From NCBI RefSeq assembly GCF_031769215.1, contig NW_026782196.1, positions 930,001 to 994,000 of the forward strand: a stretch of DNA of 64,000 nt. Reading direction: 5' to 3'. Under the pieces are notes generated by a model. That model did no database searches, was not told the DNA's origin, and worked only from the letters and a program-made list of their open reading frames with translations. A program made the position numbers and the translations under genes. The first letter of the stretch is position 1. The number at the start of each line of letters is the position of its first letter. This document shows positions 12,820 through 26,500 of this stretch, piece by piece. The DNA comes from Ylistrum balloti (Eukaryota).

Positions 12820-14159
12820 TTCGACAGTGCATTCCTTTAGTGTAAAAAACCCTCTCTGATGTTTTCCCTCAAAGGGATCAAATGAAATGATGGCAGACTA
12901 AGCTACCCCAATCTATACCTATCTGTTTGAAGGTGACTGCCAGTGTTAGTCAACCAAGCTAATGTTTGATATTGCTTATTGATGCCTTCTTGTGATGTGT
13001 GGTACGTTTAAACTGGCTAATGATAAAATCATAGACGTGATTGGAACAGAAACACTTACATCTTTTTTGCAATGAGGGTCTCGAATGGAGATACATAAAA
13101 CCTACTTACAGGTGAATCTTTTGTTTTTCATAATTTAAGAGACACGTAAACGTAGGCAGATAGTAAATAAATGAATACAAAAATTATCGATATTAAGAAA
13201 ATTTTCATTACATTTTCACAGGTGAAATATGCAAAAGTATCAAACTCATATGTGTAATTTAATCTCTCATTTTTATTTGTGAAAACATAGAACACATGTC
13301 ATCTGTTAAAGTTTACCAATCAAAACACCTGGTAAGAGAAATAATAACTACTAAAAATACAATAAACAGAATATATAATAGTAAAAGTATTTATGCGACT
13401 CGCATCCAAAAAATAATAATATCAATAAACAGTTATATAACATTTAAAGTCTTTTTGCTGCTCAAAATAACACCAATAAAAGAATAAATAAGAATGGTCT
13501 TTCAAAAAGATGACTTTTGATTTTATTTTATTTGTAAAACAACTTCTATCTTGACGTCGGTCATCAGTTTACATAGAATCAGAATACAGTACAATCATAC
13601 AAATACAAGCAACTGCAACCAAAATATAACTACAAATGTTTACGAAAACATGGAAAACAAAGAAGAGGATGGATTTTGAAATTCTATTGTCCTGTGTGTT
13701 GTGGATTGTTCGATTCTAGATGTGTTAAGGGATGCTTCCTCCGGCCACATTGTCACATAAAGTACCAGTACTCCACTTGCGTTATCGGCAGCCGAACAAG
13801 TTCATCACCAAACTTATTTAAGGTGTCTCTAGTAATCATATTTTAACAAAGATTACAACAGGTGTCTCACATAACATTACATTACGTCGCCTGTAAGTTA
13901 TATAACAAGCTACAGTGTTCTTTACTTTCTGATAAATCAATAACTCTTTAAACAATATTAGATTTATTGACATGCCCGCAAGGATTGGAAAATTGGTCAG
14001 ACATGCTCTTCTACATCAGCCGCTCGATCTTTTCTTTCACTGAGACTAACATGTACAGCTATCCACCAAGCCGTATGATGAACGTCATGATTGCAATATC
14101 CCCATTTTTAATTTTCCATTTCTGGATAGCAACATTCCTGCATTCCCAAACTATGGCTT

Positions 14160-14560
14160 TTGCATGTTACAGTTGATTTTGATATTCAAGGGCCTTTCCC
14201 AAATATCACGATTTTCGTACAAGATGTCGACAACTGACAGACAAGTAAGAACAAAGGGTTTAATGAGATGCTTGATTATAGCAAATATGGTTAAGTTTTA
14301 CGGTCGTAATAGTTATCTCGTTGAGAAATATTGTATTTCTTTTTGCGGTATGAAGCTGGACGTGTTTGATGCTGGTTAATTTGCCTGTTTGTTCCGTGGT
14401 TGTATAACCTGTTCTAATTGTTGAAGTGCAATTTGACTCGAAGATGGAAAATAGTTTGACAAAGATTTATTTGGCGGGTGTCGTCAATGAAGCTCAGGGC
14501 GCTTATTCTTCCGGAACACCTGGTCTTTTTCTCCTACTTTTTCAAGATTCTCCATGTATT
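14160..14560 (+). mobile_element. Second 3' remnant of the same RT-element family
   Basis: ORF LQLILIFKGLSQISRF...KFYGRNSYLVEKYCISF parallels 11971-12159, then ggcgggtgtcgtc...gcgcttattcttccggaacacctgg. Confidence 0.65.
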
Positions 14561-15977
14561 TTATAATAAAGGAAAATGGACGTCCAATTGGTGAGATATA
14601 GAATTGATTTTGTTGATGTGGCATCAATATTTAATATAATACTTAAATGAAAAAATAACACATCGGTACCAAGAAGTTGTAATTGTACAGATAGAAACAA
14701 CTACATCCAAAATGTAAACGAGGTCACACATACTGTCATGATATACTTTGTCATCAGGTCTCACCCTTAAAGTTCACACCCTGCTTTTATTCTTTGTTGT
14801 TGGTCACCGTGCACAAGTCAACAAGGAAAAGGTGCGATGATGTTGACATGGGGACAATGCCTATGCTTTGTAGAGAGATATGACACAAGGTAGTACAATA
14901 TCATGGTGTTGACCCCTGCGTCAGTAACGCTGCTTCTTGAATATTGACTTCGCAGTTGATTACATAATTCTATAGAAATGTAGAATGCTTCCGGAGTAAG
15001 GAAACCTTTCCCAGCCTACTTCTTGTACCCACTGTTGTTTTCAATTGTCCGACGTAATGATTTTCCGACATATTTCAGCGATATGATGGCGTTTTTTTTG
15101 TTTGTTCGTTGTATCGATCTTTTTGTGTGTCTTAATTACATTTTAACTGAGCTAAACAGCTTTGTGTGCAAGCCTTTTTATCACCTAATTACTGATAAAC
15201 AATGCATTCCGAATCAGTAGTATATTTTTTTATTGGTTTCACAGAAGTTGTTGCGTCCACAGCCGGAAACAATGAGGTTGAAGCTGCGTGACATTTCAAT
15301 GGTTGAAGATAAAGATTATTGGTTTGTGGTATAATGAGGAAACTTTCGTAAGATCAAGTTTAATGAACTTGTTTTAACGAACGTAGTGTTATTTATTTAT
15401 TTCCGGGATTTTTAATCTCAGAAATGCAGTTACCGAGTTCTATGACGTCATAGCTTCGAATTGTGTCGATCAATGAAATGTTTTTGACAATGATGATGAC
15501 AACGTGTTGAGGAAATGACTGTAGATGATAATGTCACTAAAAGCGAGCGTTTTATGGAACTGTGCGTGAAATTCAAAGTGGTTAATATCCCCAACAAAAT
15601 CAATTAACTGACATTTGATTCCGCATTGAGCGGAAGTGTCGCTGAAATGTAGCAATGCAAGCAATGTAAACTGGCGATCCATTGATTGGATGAGAAATTT
15701 ATCGACCCACAACATATCTTTTCAAGCTTCCATATGGAAATGAAACCACACTACAGATCTTAAATAACTTGTATCACGAACGTTTCCGTCATTGGATTGT
15801 AAAGGTAGGGAAAATGATTGGAAGTACGACGTTTGCAAAGTTATCTTTCTTCGACCCATACATACACTTATAGAAATATTTAATCTTTCTATCAATATAT
15901 GATTTATAATTATCGCCATGTTTGTGAATTATATAAAGCATTGATTGAATGCCGCCCACGATGAACTAATGTAACCA

Positions 15978-18670
15978 AAGTAACACATCTGTACATGTGT
16001 CTGAATGTATGATGATAACGTAACACACCTGTACATGTGTCTGAGTGTATGATGATAACGTAACACATCTGTACATGTGTCTGATTGTATGATGATAACG
16101 TAACACATCTGTACATGTGTCTGAGTGTATGATGATAACGTAACACATCTGTACATGTGTCTGATTGTATGGTGATAACGTAACACATCTGTACATGTGT
16201 CTGAGTGTATGATGATAACGTAACACATCTGTACATGTGTATGAGTGTATGATGATAACACACCTGTACATGTGTCTGAGTGTATGATGATAACGTAACA
16301 CACCTGTACATGTGTCTGAATGTATGATGATAACGTAACACATCTGTACATGTGTCTGAGTGTATGATGATAACGTAACACATCTGTACATGTGTCTGAG
16401 TGTATGATGATAACGTAACACATCTGTACATGTGTCTGAGTGTATGGTGATAACGTAACACATTTGTACATGTGTCTGAGTGTATGGTGATAACGTAACA
16501 CATCTGTACATGTGTCTGAGTGTATGATGATAACGTAACACATCTGTACATGTGTCTGAGTGTATGATGATAACGTAACACATCTGTACATGTGTCTGAG
16601 TGTATGATGATAACGTAACACACCTGTACATGTGTCTGAGTGTATGATGATAACGTAACACATCTGTACATGTGTCTGAGTGTATGATGATAACGTAACA
16701 CATCTGTACATGTGTCTGAGTGTATTGTGATAACGTAACACATCTGTACATGTGTCTGAGTGTAGTATGATAACGCACTGTACACACATAACGTAACACA
16801 TCTGTGTGAGTGATAACACACCTGATATGTGTCTGATATCTGTACATGTGTCTGAGTGTATTGTGATAACGTAACACATCTGTACATGTGTCTGAGTGTA
16901 GTATGATAACGTAACACACCTGTACATGTGTCGGGGTGTAGGATGACAACGTAACACATCTGTACATGTGTCTGAGTGTATGATGATAACGTAACACATC
17001 TGTACATGTGTCTGAGTGTATAATGATAACACATCTGTACATGTGTCTGAGTGTATGATGATAACGTAACACATCTGTACATGTGTCTGAGTGTATGATG
17101 ATAACGTAACACATCTGTACATGTGTATGAGTGTATGGTGATAACGTAACACATCTGTACATGTGTCTGAGTGTATAATGATAACACATCTGTACATGTG
17201 TCTGAGTGTATGATGATAACACATCTGTACATGTGTCTGAGTGTATGAGTGTATGATGATAACACATCTGTACACATGTGTCTGATGTGTATGTATGATG
17301 ATAACGTAACACATCTGTACATGTGTCTGAGTGTATGATGATAACGTAACACATCTGTACATGTGTCTGAGTGTATGATGATAACGTAACACATCTGTAC
17401 ATGTGTCTGAGTGTATGATGATAACGTAACACATCTGTACATGTGTATGAGTGTATGGTGATAACGTAACACATCTGTACATGTGTCTGAGTGTATGATG
17501 ATAACGTAACACACCTGTACATGTGTCTGAGTGTATGATGATAACGTAACGTAACACACATGTGTACATGTGTCTGATGTGTATGATGATAACGTAACAC
17601 ACATGTGTAACACATCTGTACATGTGTCTGAGTGTATGATGATAACACATACACTGAGTGTATGGTATAACACACCTGTACATGTGTCTGAGTGTATGAT
17701 GATGTAACACATCTGTATGTGTAACACTGATGTGTATGATGATAACGTAACACATCTGTACATGTGTCTGAGTGTAGTATGATAACGTAACACACCTGTA
17801 CATGTGTCGGGGTGTAGGATGACAACGTAACACATCTGTACATGTGTCTGATTGTATGATGATAACACACCTGTACATGTGTCTGAGTGTATGATGATAA
17901 CGTAACACATCTGTACATGTGTCTGAGTGTATGGTGATAACGTAACACACCTGTACATGTGTCTGAGTGTATGATGATAACGTAACACATTTGTACATGT
18001 GTCCCTGTACATGTGTCTGAGTGTATGATGATAACGTAACACATCTGTTCATGTGTCAGAGTGTATGGTGATAACGTAACACATCTGTACATGTGTCTGA
18101 GTGTATGATGATAACGTAACACATCTGTACATGTGTCTACGTTTGTGATGATAACGTAACACGCCTGTACATGTGTCTGAGTGTATGATGATAACGTAAC
18201 ACATCTGTACATGTGTCTGAGTAACACATTTGTACATGTGTCTGAATGTATGGTGATAACGTAACACATTTGTACATGTGTCTGAGTGTATGGTGATAAC
18301 GTAACACACCTGTACATGTGTCTGAGTGTATGATGATAACGTAACACATCTGTACATGTGTCTGAGTGTATGGTGATAACGTAACACATCTGTACATGTG
18401 TCTACGTTTGTGATGATAACGTAACACGCCTGTACATGTGTCTGAGTGTATGATGATATCGTAACACACCTGTACATATGCCTGAGTGTATGATGATAAC
18501 GTAACACATCTGTACATGTGTCTACGTTGATGATGATAACGTAACACATCTGTACATGTGTCTACGTTTATGATGATAACGTAACACATCTGTACATGTG
18601 TCTACGTTTATGATGATAACGTAACACATCTGTACGTGTGTCTTAGTGTATGATGATAACGTAACTCATC
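15978..18670. repeat. 40-bp satellite array, ~65 copies, intergenic
   Basis: gtgtatgatgataacgtaacacatctgtacatgtgtctga with 40-nt periodicity. The long minus-strand ORFs here are artefacts of this repeat. Confidence 0.97.
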
Positions 18671-19561
18671 AAATTACGTACATGTACCTAGAGTGAATAA
18701 GAATGCTTAAACACAAATATCTATCTTCTAAGTTCCTTTTTTCTGTTTCGTCCAAATCAATTTTGAATTTAGCGCCATACATATGACCCGGTACAGAAAA
18801 CAACTAGAAAAGTGTATGTGTTTCCGTTTTAAGTTTTAATTATTTGTAGGAAACTAAGCAGATTTTTCTTTAAATTGTTAAAACCGCATTTATCACTTAA
18901 TATATGATTGTATAATGAATGTAACCCATTTGGTTTTTGTTTTGTTTGCTTTGTTATTGGTATATCATATCCAAATACAGAGTTCAAGTCGTGACTCAAT
19001 TATCGGGATGGAAATTATAACAGAAATGATTTTATAATGGATGCACGTCTCTAACGAAAAGATGTGGTACTTAGTGGGTAACTGTTTATTGGAAAGGTTT
19101 CTAGAAATATCTTAGGTAAGCAGTTTGGTACCATATATCGTTAGGTCAGATCCGGGATCTTTCTAACTCGTTTTAACATATTACAAACAAGGATATTTCA
19201 TTTAAAACAACGATAAGTTATTATTGTTATTACTGTTTCACATTCTAGTACATTTATCTCAGTAAACATTACCCCGATATTGCCTTGTTTTGTCCAAATA
19301 AAAGAATGTGATGATGACAGGTTGAGTAGGAAGTGCAAATATCTGGCGATGATAAGCGGGCATTTTAAACAAGGGTCATAAATTTATCGCACACCGACTG
19401 CGTGACGTACAGCAAAGCTAATTTCAGCGTACTTGGAACACAACTATTTACTTTCGGTTTCACAATCGAAGATTGAAGAAGTACAAGCTACTAGTACGGA
19501 AGTAGAGAGTACATTCAGAGTCCCTTGTTGACATCAATGTTGACCTTTTTCACCAGTAACT

Positions 19562-22500
19562 ATGGAAAGTAGCAGAGATGTATCAATGAAGTTATCTATA
19601 CAGGAAGGCTTTTTAAATTCAAAGGTGTTAACCGAAAAATGGCGACTTCAGAGCTTTCTCGTCCTAGGAACAGAAAGTGGTGCTTACAAACCAGGAAATA
19701 AAGATATTCGAAGGAAGGAAGTAAATAGTATTGAAAGGTATTGTTACACTTCTATGGATTATATGTATAGGATTAAGGCATTAGCACGTTATCATTGTTT
19801 ACTGTACTGTAACGACAACAGATACTACTTTTTGTGTTGTTAGCCGTAAGGTTATGTACTCGGATCCAGTATCGTAGGTTGTACCATATGGTGACAGTAT
19901 ATATATGTATATATAACATAGTTAGTTTGATATATATATACATATAGTGAGTTTGATATATATATAATGTTTGATATATAAATAAATAAATAAATATATA
20001 TATATATATATATACTCGGATCCAGTATCGTTATTATTCTCTTTATTGCCTCCAGAGATGAAGATTACAGAAGAATGTTGAACATATATACAAAGCGTAC
20101 GATACATATATAAATGATTACAGAATATGAATAACATAGATACACACTTTATGCTTTAGGAGTAGGCATATCAAGTGCAAATTAAGCGAAAGGGGGTATT
20201 TTAAGGTATACCCAAGAGTTTCAAAATACAATTTTCTGACACAAATCAGGTAAACTATAATGAATTGTTAAGTCACATGACTCCTACAAAATGTACATGG
20301 ACTATTTGTTATCTTTATCATTATATATATTAATTATAATATAGTTTACACATCTTGAACACACAAATACAGGATTTTATCCTGAATTCAATCAGCTCTT
20401 CTGCACTAATTTGATAGTTTACATTTCCTCCAATCAATATATGTAATAACTGAAGGTCTGGGAGAGAGTGTAAATAAACACTAAACAGTATATCAGTGGT
20501 ATTAATTATACTGTATATATATATACTCGGATCCAGTATCGTAGTCCGTGGTTGTACCATGTTGTGACAGAATATATATATATAATATATTCCTACACGT
20601 TAAAGTTTGATGACTTATTAAGGTACGTGTTTGGAAGAACTTGTGTAAACACAAGCCAGAACTAGTAGGATATCAGACGGCTGGTAGTAAAATAGCGAGC
20701 GGTGAAATGATTTAAATGGCTAAACTTTGATGCATATCTCAAAACGGTTTATTTTACAAAGAGGTTGAACAATGGGGTTGGGACAGAATTGTATATGACC
20801 ATAATACCTACATATACACGTGGTGCGGTTTCAACAAAAGGCATGAGCTCAGGTCTGATATTTTAGCCATATAGAGATTGTCTCCCTTTAGTCATCACAC
20901 GCATTAGGCCACGTTTCATGTAACATGTTGGAACATTTTAGGGAAGGTAGGTAGGAAGGCAAATATATTGTTCACAAAATAATTTGAAATGAAATAATTT
21001 AATTATAATTTAATAATTTATTATTTCATAAAGGTGAGAGATCTTAACTTAAACAGCTCCTCTTTGAAAATTGCATTCAAACGTTTAAGATAGGTACAAA
21101 ATGTTAAGGTAGATAGGTGTACCGGAAACAGGATATATATACCTATATGAGTGAATAAAACTATTTATTGATTTCAGTTTGATTGACCTTGGTGATGGCC
21201 CGGATGTTGTCAAGACCATATGTTTGACAAATAAGGCGGGAAGGGGTTGTCACCGACTACCTGTGATGTACGCATTGGCTTTGTGTACTCGGTCCACCGA
21301 CTCCATCACAAAGGAAGCTGCTTATGCTGCGCTCCAGGAAATATGCCCGGAACCCTCAGACTTACTGACATTTGTCATGTTTTGTGAAATGGTGAGCGGG
21401 GGAACAGGATGGGGTAGGGCACAACGTCGGGCTATTTCTGACTGGTACAACAGCTTCAAGGACAGGCCTCTGGAATTAGCAGAGGGAGTTACGAAGGAAC
21501 GGAGTAGCGGTCAGTGGACTCACAAAGACATTGTCAGATTGTCTCATGTAAAACCAGTGTCCGCCTTCGTCCAGTTGATCATAAGATATATCACCAAAGG
21601 TCTTGTCGAGGCAAAGAAATTGCCGTCGCCAGTTGATCCTGATCAAGCTAAACAGTGGCAAGGCATCTTAAGATACTTCGAGGCAGTTGAACAGACACGG
21701 CAACATACCGGAAGTATGGAAGTAGAGGGGAAGCTTGACATCATAAGGGAACATAGACTAGAACCAGCACATTTGTCTGTTGCTCTGCTGAGATCCCCTC
21801 TCGTTTGGAACGTGTTGCTGCAGCATATTCCTCTTAATCTAGTAATTCAGAATATTTCCAAGGTAGATGATACCCCTGACCAGAAAACAGTTCTGGAAAG
21901 ATTGGAAGATGAGAATGAGCTTCAAAAAGCACACGTGAAACCATTCGAAATATTGATTGCAAGGAAAGAAACCAAGAATGAGAATGTCAGGACAACTTTA
22001 GCACGATCTTTCGAGATTTGCGTTCGCCATGTAAAACATACAGACAAAAAATATTCTGTGATAATGGCCGTCGACGGTAAATTGGATACCGATTTACATG
22101 GTACAAAATCAGGTACTGTAAAAGAAGCCATAGCCACAACAGCAATAACAATCGCGAGAGTAACACATCCGGAATCGGAGATTGTCACATATCCTGCCGG
22201 CAAGGAGAAGACGAAGTTAGATATCCCAAAGACAAACGCCCTTAAATATTTGTACGAACATGCCCAATTAAATGGGACAAATGCCACCTTTGTAAAGGAT
22301 GTAGAGAATGCCTTGCGTTTAAAGGATGCCGTGGTAGTGTTGATGCACTCACCACCTGATATATTCAAGAAAAGATTGTCCTCGTTATTTCCCCGTAAAG
22401 TCTCAACTCGATTGGTAGTTGTCAATTTTGACAAAGACGATGACACGGTGATAAATTCCAATAATCCATTTTTGCTGAACGTGATAGGATTCGATGGCAA

Positions 22501-22567
22501 TACCATTGAAGCCATCATGCGTTTTGTAGAAAGACACGAAAACACGGCGTTGAACACGGGAATCTAG
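19562..22567 (+). CDS. RO60-like: Divergent Ro60 (TROVE2)-like RNA-binding protein, TROVE plus vWA-like domain, ~521 aa; join(19562..19737,21178..22567)
   Basis: Exon 1 RLQSFLVLGTESGAY resembles the Ro60 motif RLHRFLCFGSEGGTY. The phase-2 junction AG|gtattg...tttcag|T continues into LIDLGDGPDVVKTI. Exon 2 contains YALALC...TKEAAY, GTGWGRAQRRAISDWYN, VTK...WTHKDIVRLSHVKP and a C-terminal LLNVIGFD, all collinear with Ro60. Confidence 0.9.
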
Positions 22568-23564
22568 AAATAGCCGTTGTTTCTGGTGATAAAGACAGGA
22601 AACATTAAGACGTTAACATGTCGACATTTCCTTTACACTCTTCGCGAGTTCTGATTGTTTTAATCAATTATTTGATCGAATGTGTGTGTGGGTTTTATTT
22701 TTACAATTTTATTATTTTCTTTTCATTACCTAGTCCGGTTAGCGTTATACCAATGCTTATTGTTCGTTCGTTTTTTTCTGAAAATTGCGATTCTAGCCAA
22801 GAACAACTCGGTTGATTTCGATTAAAATTGGTCAATAGTATCCTTGTGGAAATGACTAATTTTTGCGACACTTAATTTTGTATAAATAGTAGGCTACCCC
22901 ACCTTTTTGTGAAAGAGAGCGGAGAGGCCTTTGAGAAATTCTTAACAATGCTACAACGAACAGAAGTGTTACGTGTGATTACTTAAATATCGAAGCATAT
23001 TGTAAATTCTTACTGATGTGAACTATAAAATATCACAATAAAATGCAGAATTAATGCTCTATATCAAAAATATAAATATCATTTGGAAACCTCTGTATTT
23101 TATTTCAGTGTGTTAACCTTACCTGTGATTTTTCAATAACCCTTTTGGTCTAAGAAAGTGCTCTAGTGCACGCGTACCACAGACATGACCAACAAAACCG
23201 TTTTGCGTGTATCACCAGTAATAATATGCGTTCCGACAGCTGTCAAGTACCTATTGTATATTGTATCTTGGACCAATCAAGAAGGAATTGATTTTGAGGC
23301 GTTCACATCCAGACATAGCGACTGGCTTCATGTTTTAATAGCGATACCTGTGACCAGGTGTTAATTGAAACACGTAACGGATAAGTTATTTGATACGAGT
23401 CATGAGAGTGCTGCAGTAATGATAGATCTGTGGTGTTACATTTGATAGGCTACAATTGGCTTGAAATAATATCAAACATCACGTATCACGGAGAAACTTG
23501 CATGTGTTACAAGAGCACAGACCATATAACGTTACGAGAATCATCCTTGAAAACGACGGTGAAG

Positions 23565-26500
23565 ATGTTGGACTTTTACAGTGTGTTTGTTATGGTGTTC
23601 TACCAAAGCTCTGTAATTGGTTCTGTTACGGAGTTTTATGTCGGAGTGGCCATGATTTTTGATGCCAATACCCCTTACGACGTGGAGAGGGTAGGACCGG
23701 CTATAGATATCGCCATTGAAAGGGTTAACAGGGAAATCCTCAATGGCTCGTACAGGGTGGTCAAGATAGAGCGACACTACGGGAGCGTTTGTAGCAATTC
23801 CCGGGCATCAGGTAAGGATGTATACATATGTATATACAAGAACATACACGGTATTAGATATTCTTACTTCTAAATATTAAATATGTGAAAAGATTTTGTC
23901 AGATATACGTGATCATAGTCCCGAGACGAGTATTCCAAATTTTCGTATTCCAGAAGACTTGTTCTGATGAGGAGGTGGTAAGTGGTTTTGGGTGCGTATG
24001 GGGGCATATTCCTTTCATCCAGTCATTTTAGGTCGTATTACCTAGGTTGCAGTTACGATAGGCCGTGTTATTTTATAAAACTAACACCGTTTAATAACTA
24101 CAGGTATAAATATGTTATCGTAAGCCAACGGTTAGTATTTCGAAATATTACGACTTGAAATAAATTGAAAAGTCGCGTTACTGAGCTGTAATAATATCAA
24201 AAGTCGCGATACTGAGCTGTAATGATCTCAAAAGTCGTGTTACTGAGCTGTAATGATCTCAAAAGTCGCCGGTTACTGAGCTGTAATAATATCAAAAGTC
24301 GTGTTACTGAGCTGTAATGATCTCAAAAGTCGTGTTACTGAGCTGTAATAATCTCAAAAGTCGCCGGTTACTGAGCTGTAATAATATCAAAAGTCGCCGG
24401 TTACTGCGCTGTAATAATATCAAAAGTCGCCGGTTACTGTGCTGTAATAATCTCAAAAGTCGTGTTACTGAGCTGTAATAATATCAAAAGTCGCCGGTTA
24501 CTGCGCTGTACTGATCTCAAAAGTCGTGTCACTGAGCTGTAATGATCTCAAAAGTCGCCGGTTACTGTGCTGTAATAATCTCAAAAGTCGCCGGTTACTG
24601 TGCTGTAATAATCTCAAAAGTCGTGTTACTGAGTTGTACTAATATCAAAAGTCGTGTTACTGAGTTGTACTAATCTCAAAAGTCGTGTTACTGAACTGAA
24701 AAAATCTCAAAAGTCGCGTTACTGATCTTAAGGTAATGGACGACAGCAGTACGCCACTATAACATCGCTGATCTGTTGGGTTTCTATAAGTTTGGAATAA
24801 TGTTACACACGCTTAAAAGTAGTAATATAATATTATCCTGTTTATCAATCATAGCAAGATATATTATCCTGTTTATCAATTCAGACCTTCCTTCCGATAT
24901 AATATTATCCTGTTTATCAATTCAGACCTTCCTTCCGGTATAGTAAGATATAATATTATCCTGTTTATCTACTCCTTCCGGTATATAAGATATAATAAAT
25001 CAATAACCTTCCTTCCGGTATAGTAAGATGTAATATTATCCTGTTTATCAATTCAGACCTTCCTTCCGGTATAGTAAGATATAATATTATCCTGTTTATC
25101 AATTCAGACCTTCCTTCCGGTATAGTAAGATATAATATTATCCTGTTTATCAATTCAGACCTTCCTTCCGGTATAGTAAGATATAATATTATCCTGTTTA
25201 TCAATTCAGACCTTCCTTCCGGTATAGCAAGATATAATATTATCCTGTTTATCAATTCAGACCTTCCTTCCGGTATAGTAAGATATAATATTATCCTGTT
25301 TATCAATTCAGACCTTCCTTCCGATATAGTAAGATATAATATTATCCTGTTTATCAATTCAGACCTTCCTTCCGATATAGCAAGATATCATATTATCCTG
25401 TGTATCAATTCAGACCTTCCTTCCAATATAGTAAGATATAATATTATCCTGTGTATCAATTCAGACCTTCCTTCCAATATAGTAAGATATAATATTATCC
25501 TGTTTATCAATTCAGACCTTCCTTCCGGTATAGCAAGATATAATATTATCCTGTTTATCAATTCAGACCTTCCTTCCGGTATAGCAAGATATAATATTAT
25601 CCTGTTTATCAATTCAGACCTTCCTTCCGGTATAGCAAGATATAATATTATCCTGTTTATCAATTCAGACCTTCCTTCCGGTATAGCAAGATATAATATT
25701 ATCCTGTTTATCAATTCAGACCTTCCTTCCGGTATAGCAAGATATAATATTATCCTGTTTATCAATTCAGACCTTCCTTCCGGTATAGCAAGATATAATA
25801 TTATGCTGTTTATCAATTCAGACCTTCCTTCCGGTATAGCAAGATATAATATTATCCTGTTTATCAATTCAGACCTTCCTTCCGGTATAGCAAGATATAA
25901 TATTATCCTGTTTATCAATTCAGACCTTCCTTCCGGTATAGCAAGATATAATATTATCCTGTTTATCAATTCAGACCTTCCTTCCGATATAGTAAGATGT
26001 AATATTATCCTGTTTATCAATTCAGACCTTCCTTCCGGTATAGTAAGATATAATATTATCCTGTTTATCAATTCAGACCTTCCTTCCGGTATTATTATTT
26101 CTTTTATTTCCTCCATATATACATTGACATTGTAGAAAAAAATTGTGCGTTTGTACACACATATACACATAAGAAGCATTTAAGTTAATACAATGTAAGC
26201 AATAGACAGAGTTTACGTACGCAAAATATATACATACAACAACTCCTAAAGTTAAGAAAATAAAATAATTTAAGGTTATCCTTACAGTTAAGTCAAATAC
26301 ATATTATAATCATATGATTTAATATGTGAATATTTCATTTTTAAGTCAAAATGACCAAACATTACAATTAAACAGCATGATATTGTTGTAGGATTCTGAC
26401 GATGAAAACTATTGAATTTAATCTAAAATCCTCTAGTTCAAATGGGGATATATCGCAGTCGATAATACCCCCGAGAAGATCGTGTATTAAATGATAGTTA

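Noticed and set aside
15910-18589. Five long minus-strand ORFs (150-807 aa)
   Set aside because: They are read-through of a 40-bp satellite in all three frames, with no splice, start or codon context of a real gene.
21922-22557. 211-aa minus-strand ORF
   Set aside because: It is an antisense shadow of the Ro60-like CDS with no recognisable motifs.
19300-23400. A Y RNA gene near the Ro60-like locus
   Set aside because: No GGCUGGUCCG...UUGACUAGCC-type terminal stem followed by an oligo-T terminator was found by eye. A covariance search would be needed to exclude it.
24165-26092. CRISPR-like appearance of regularly spaced repeats
   Set aside because: The units are contiguous with no unique spacers, there are no cas genes, and the DNA is eukaryotic.
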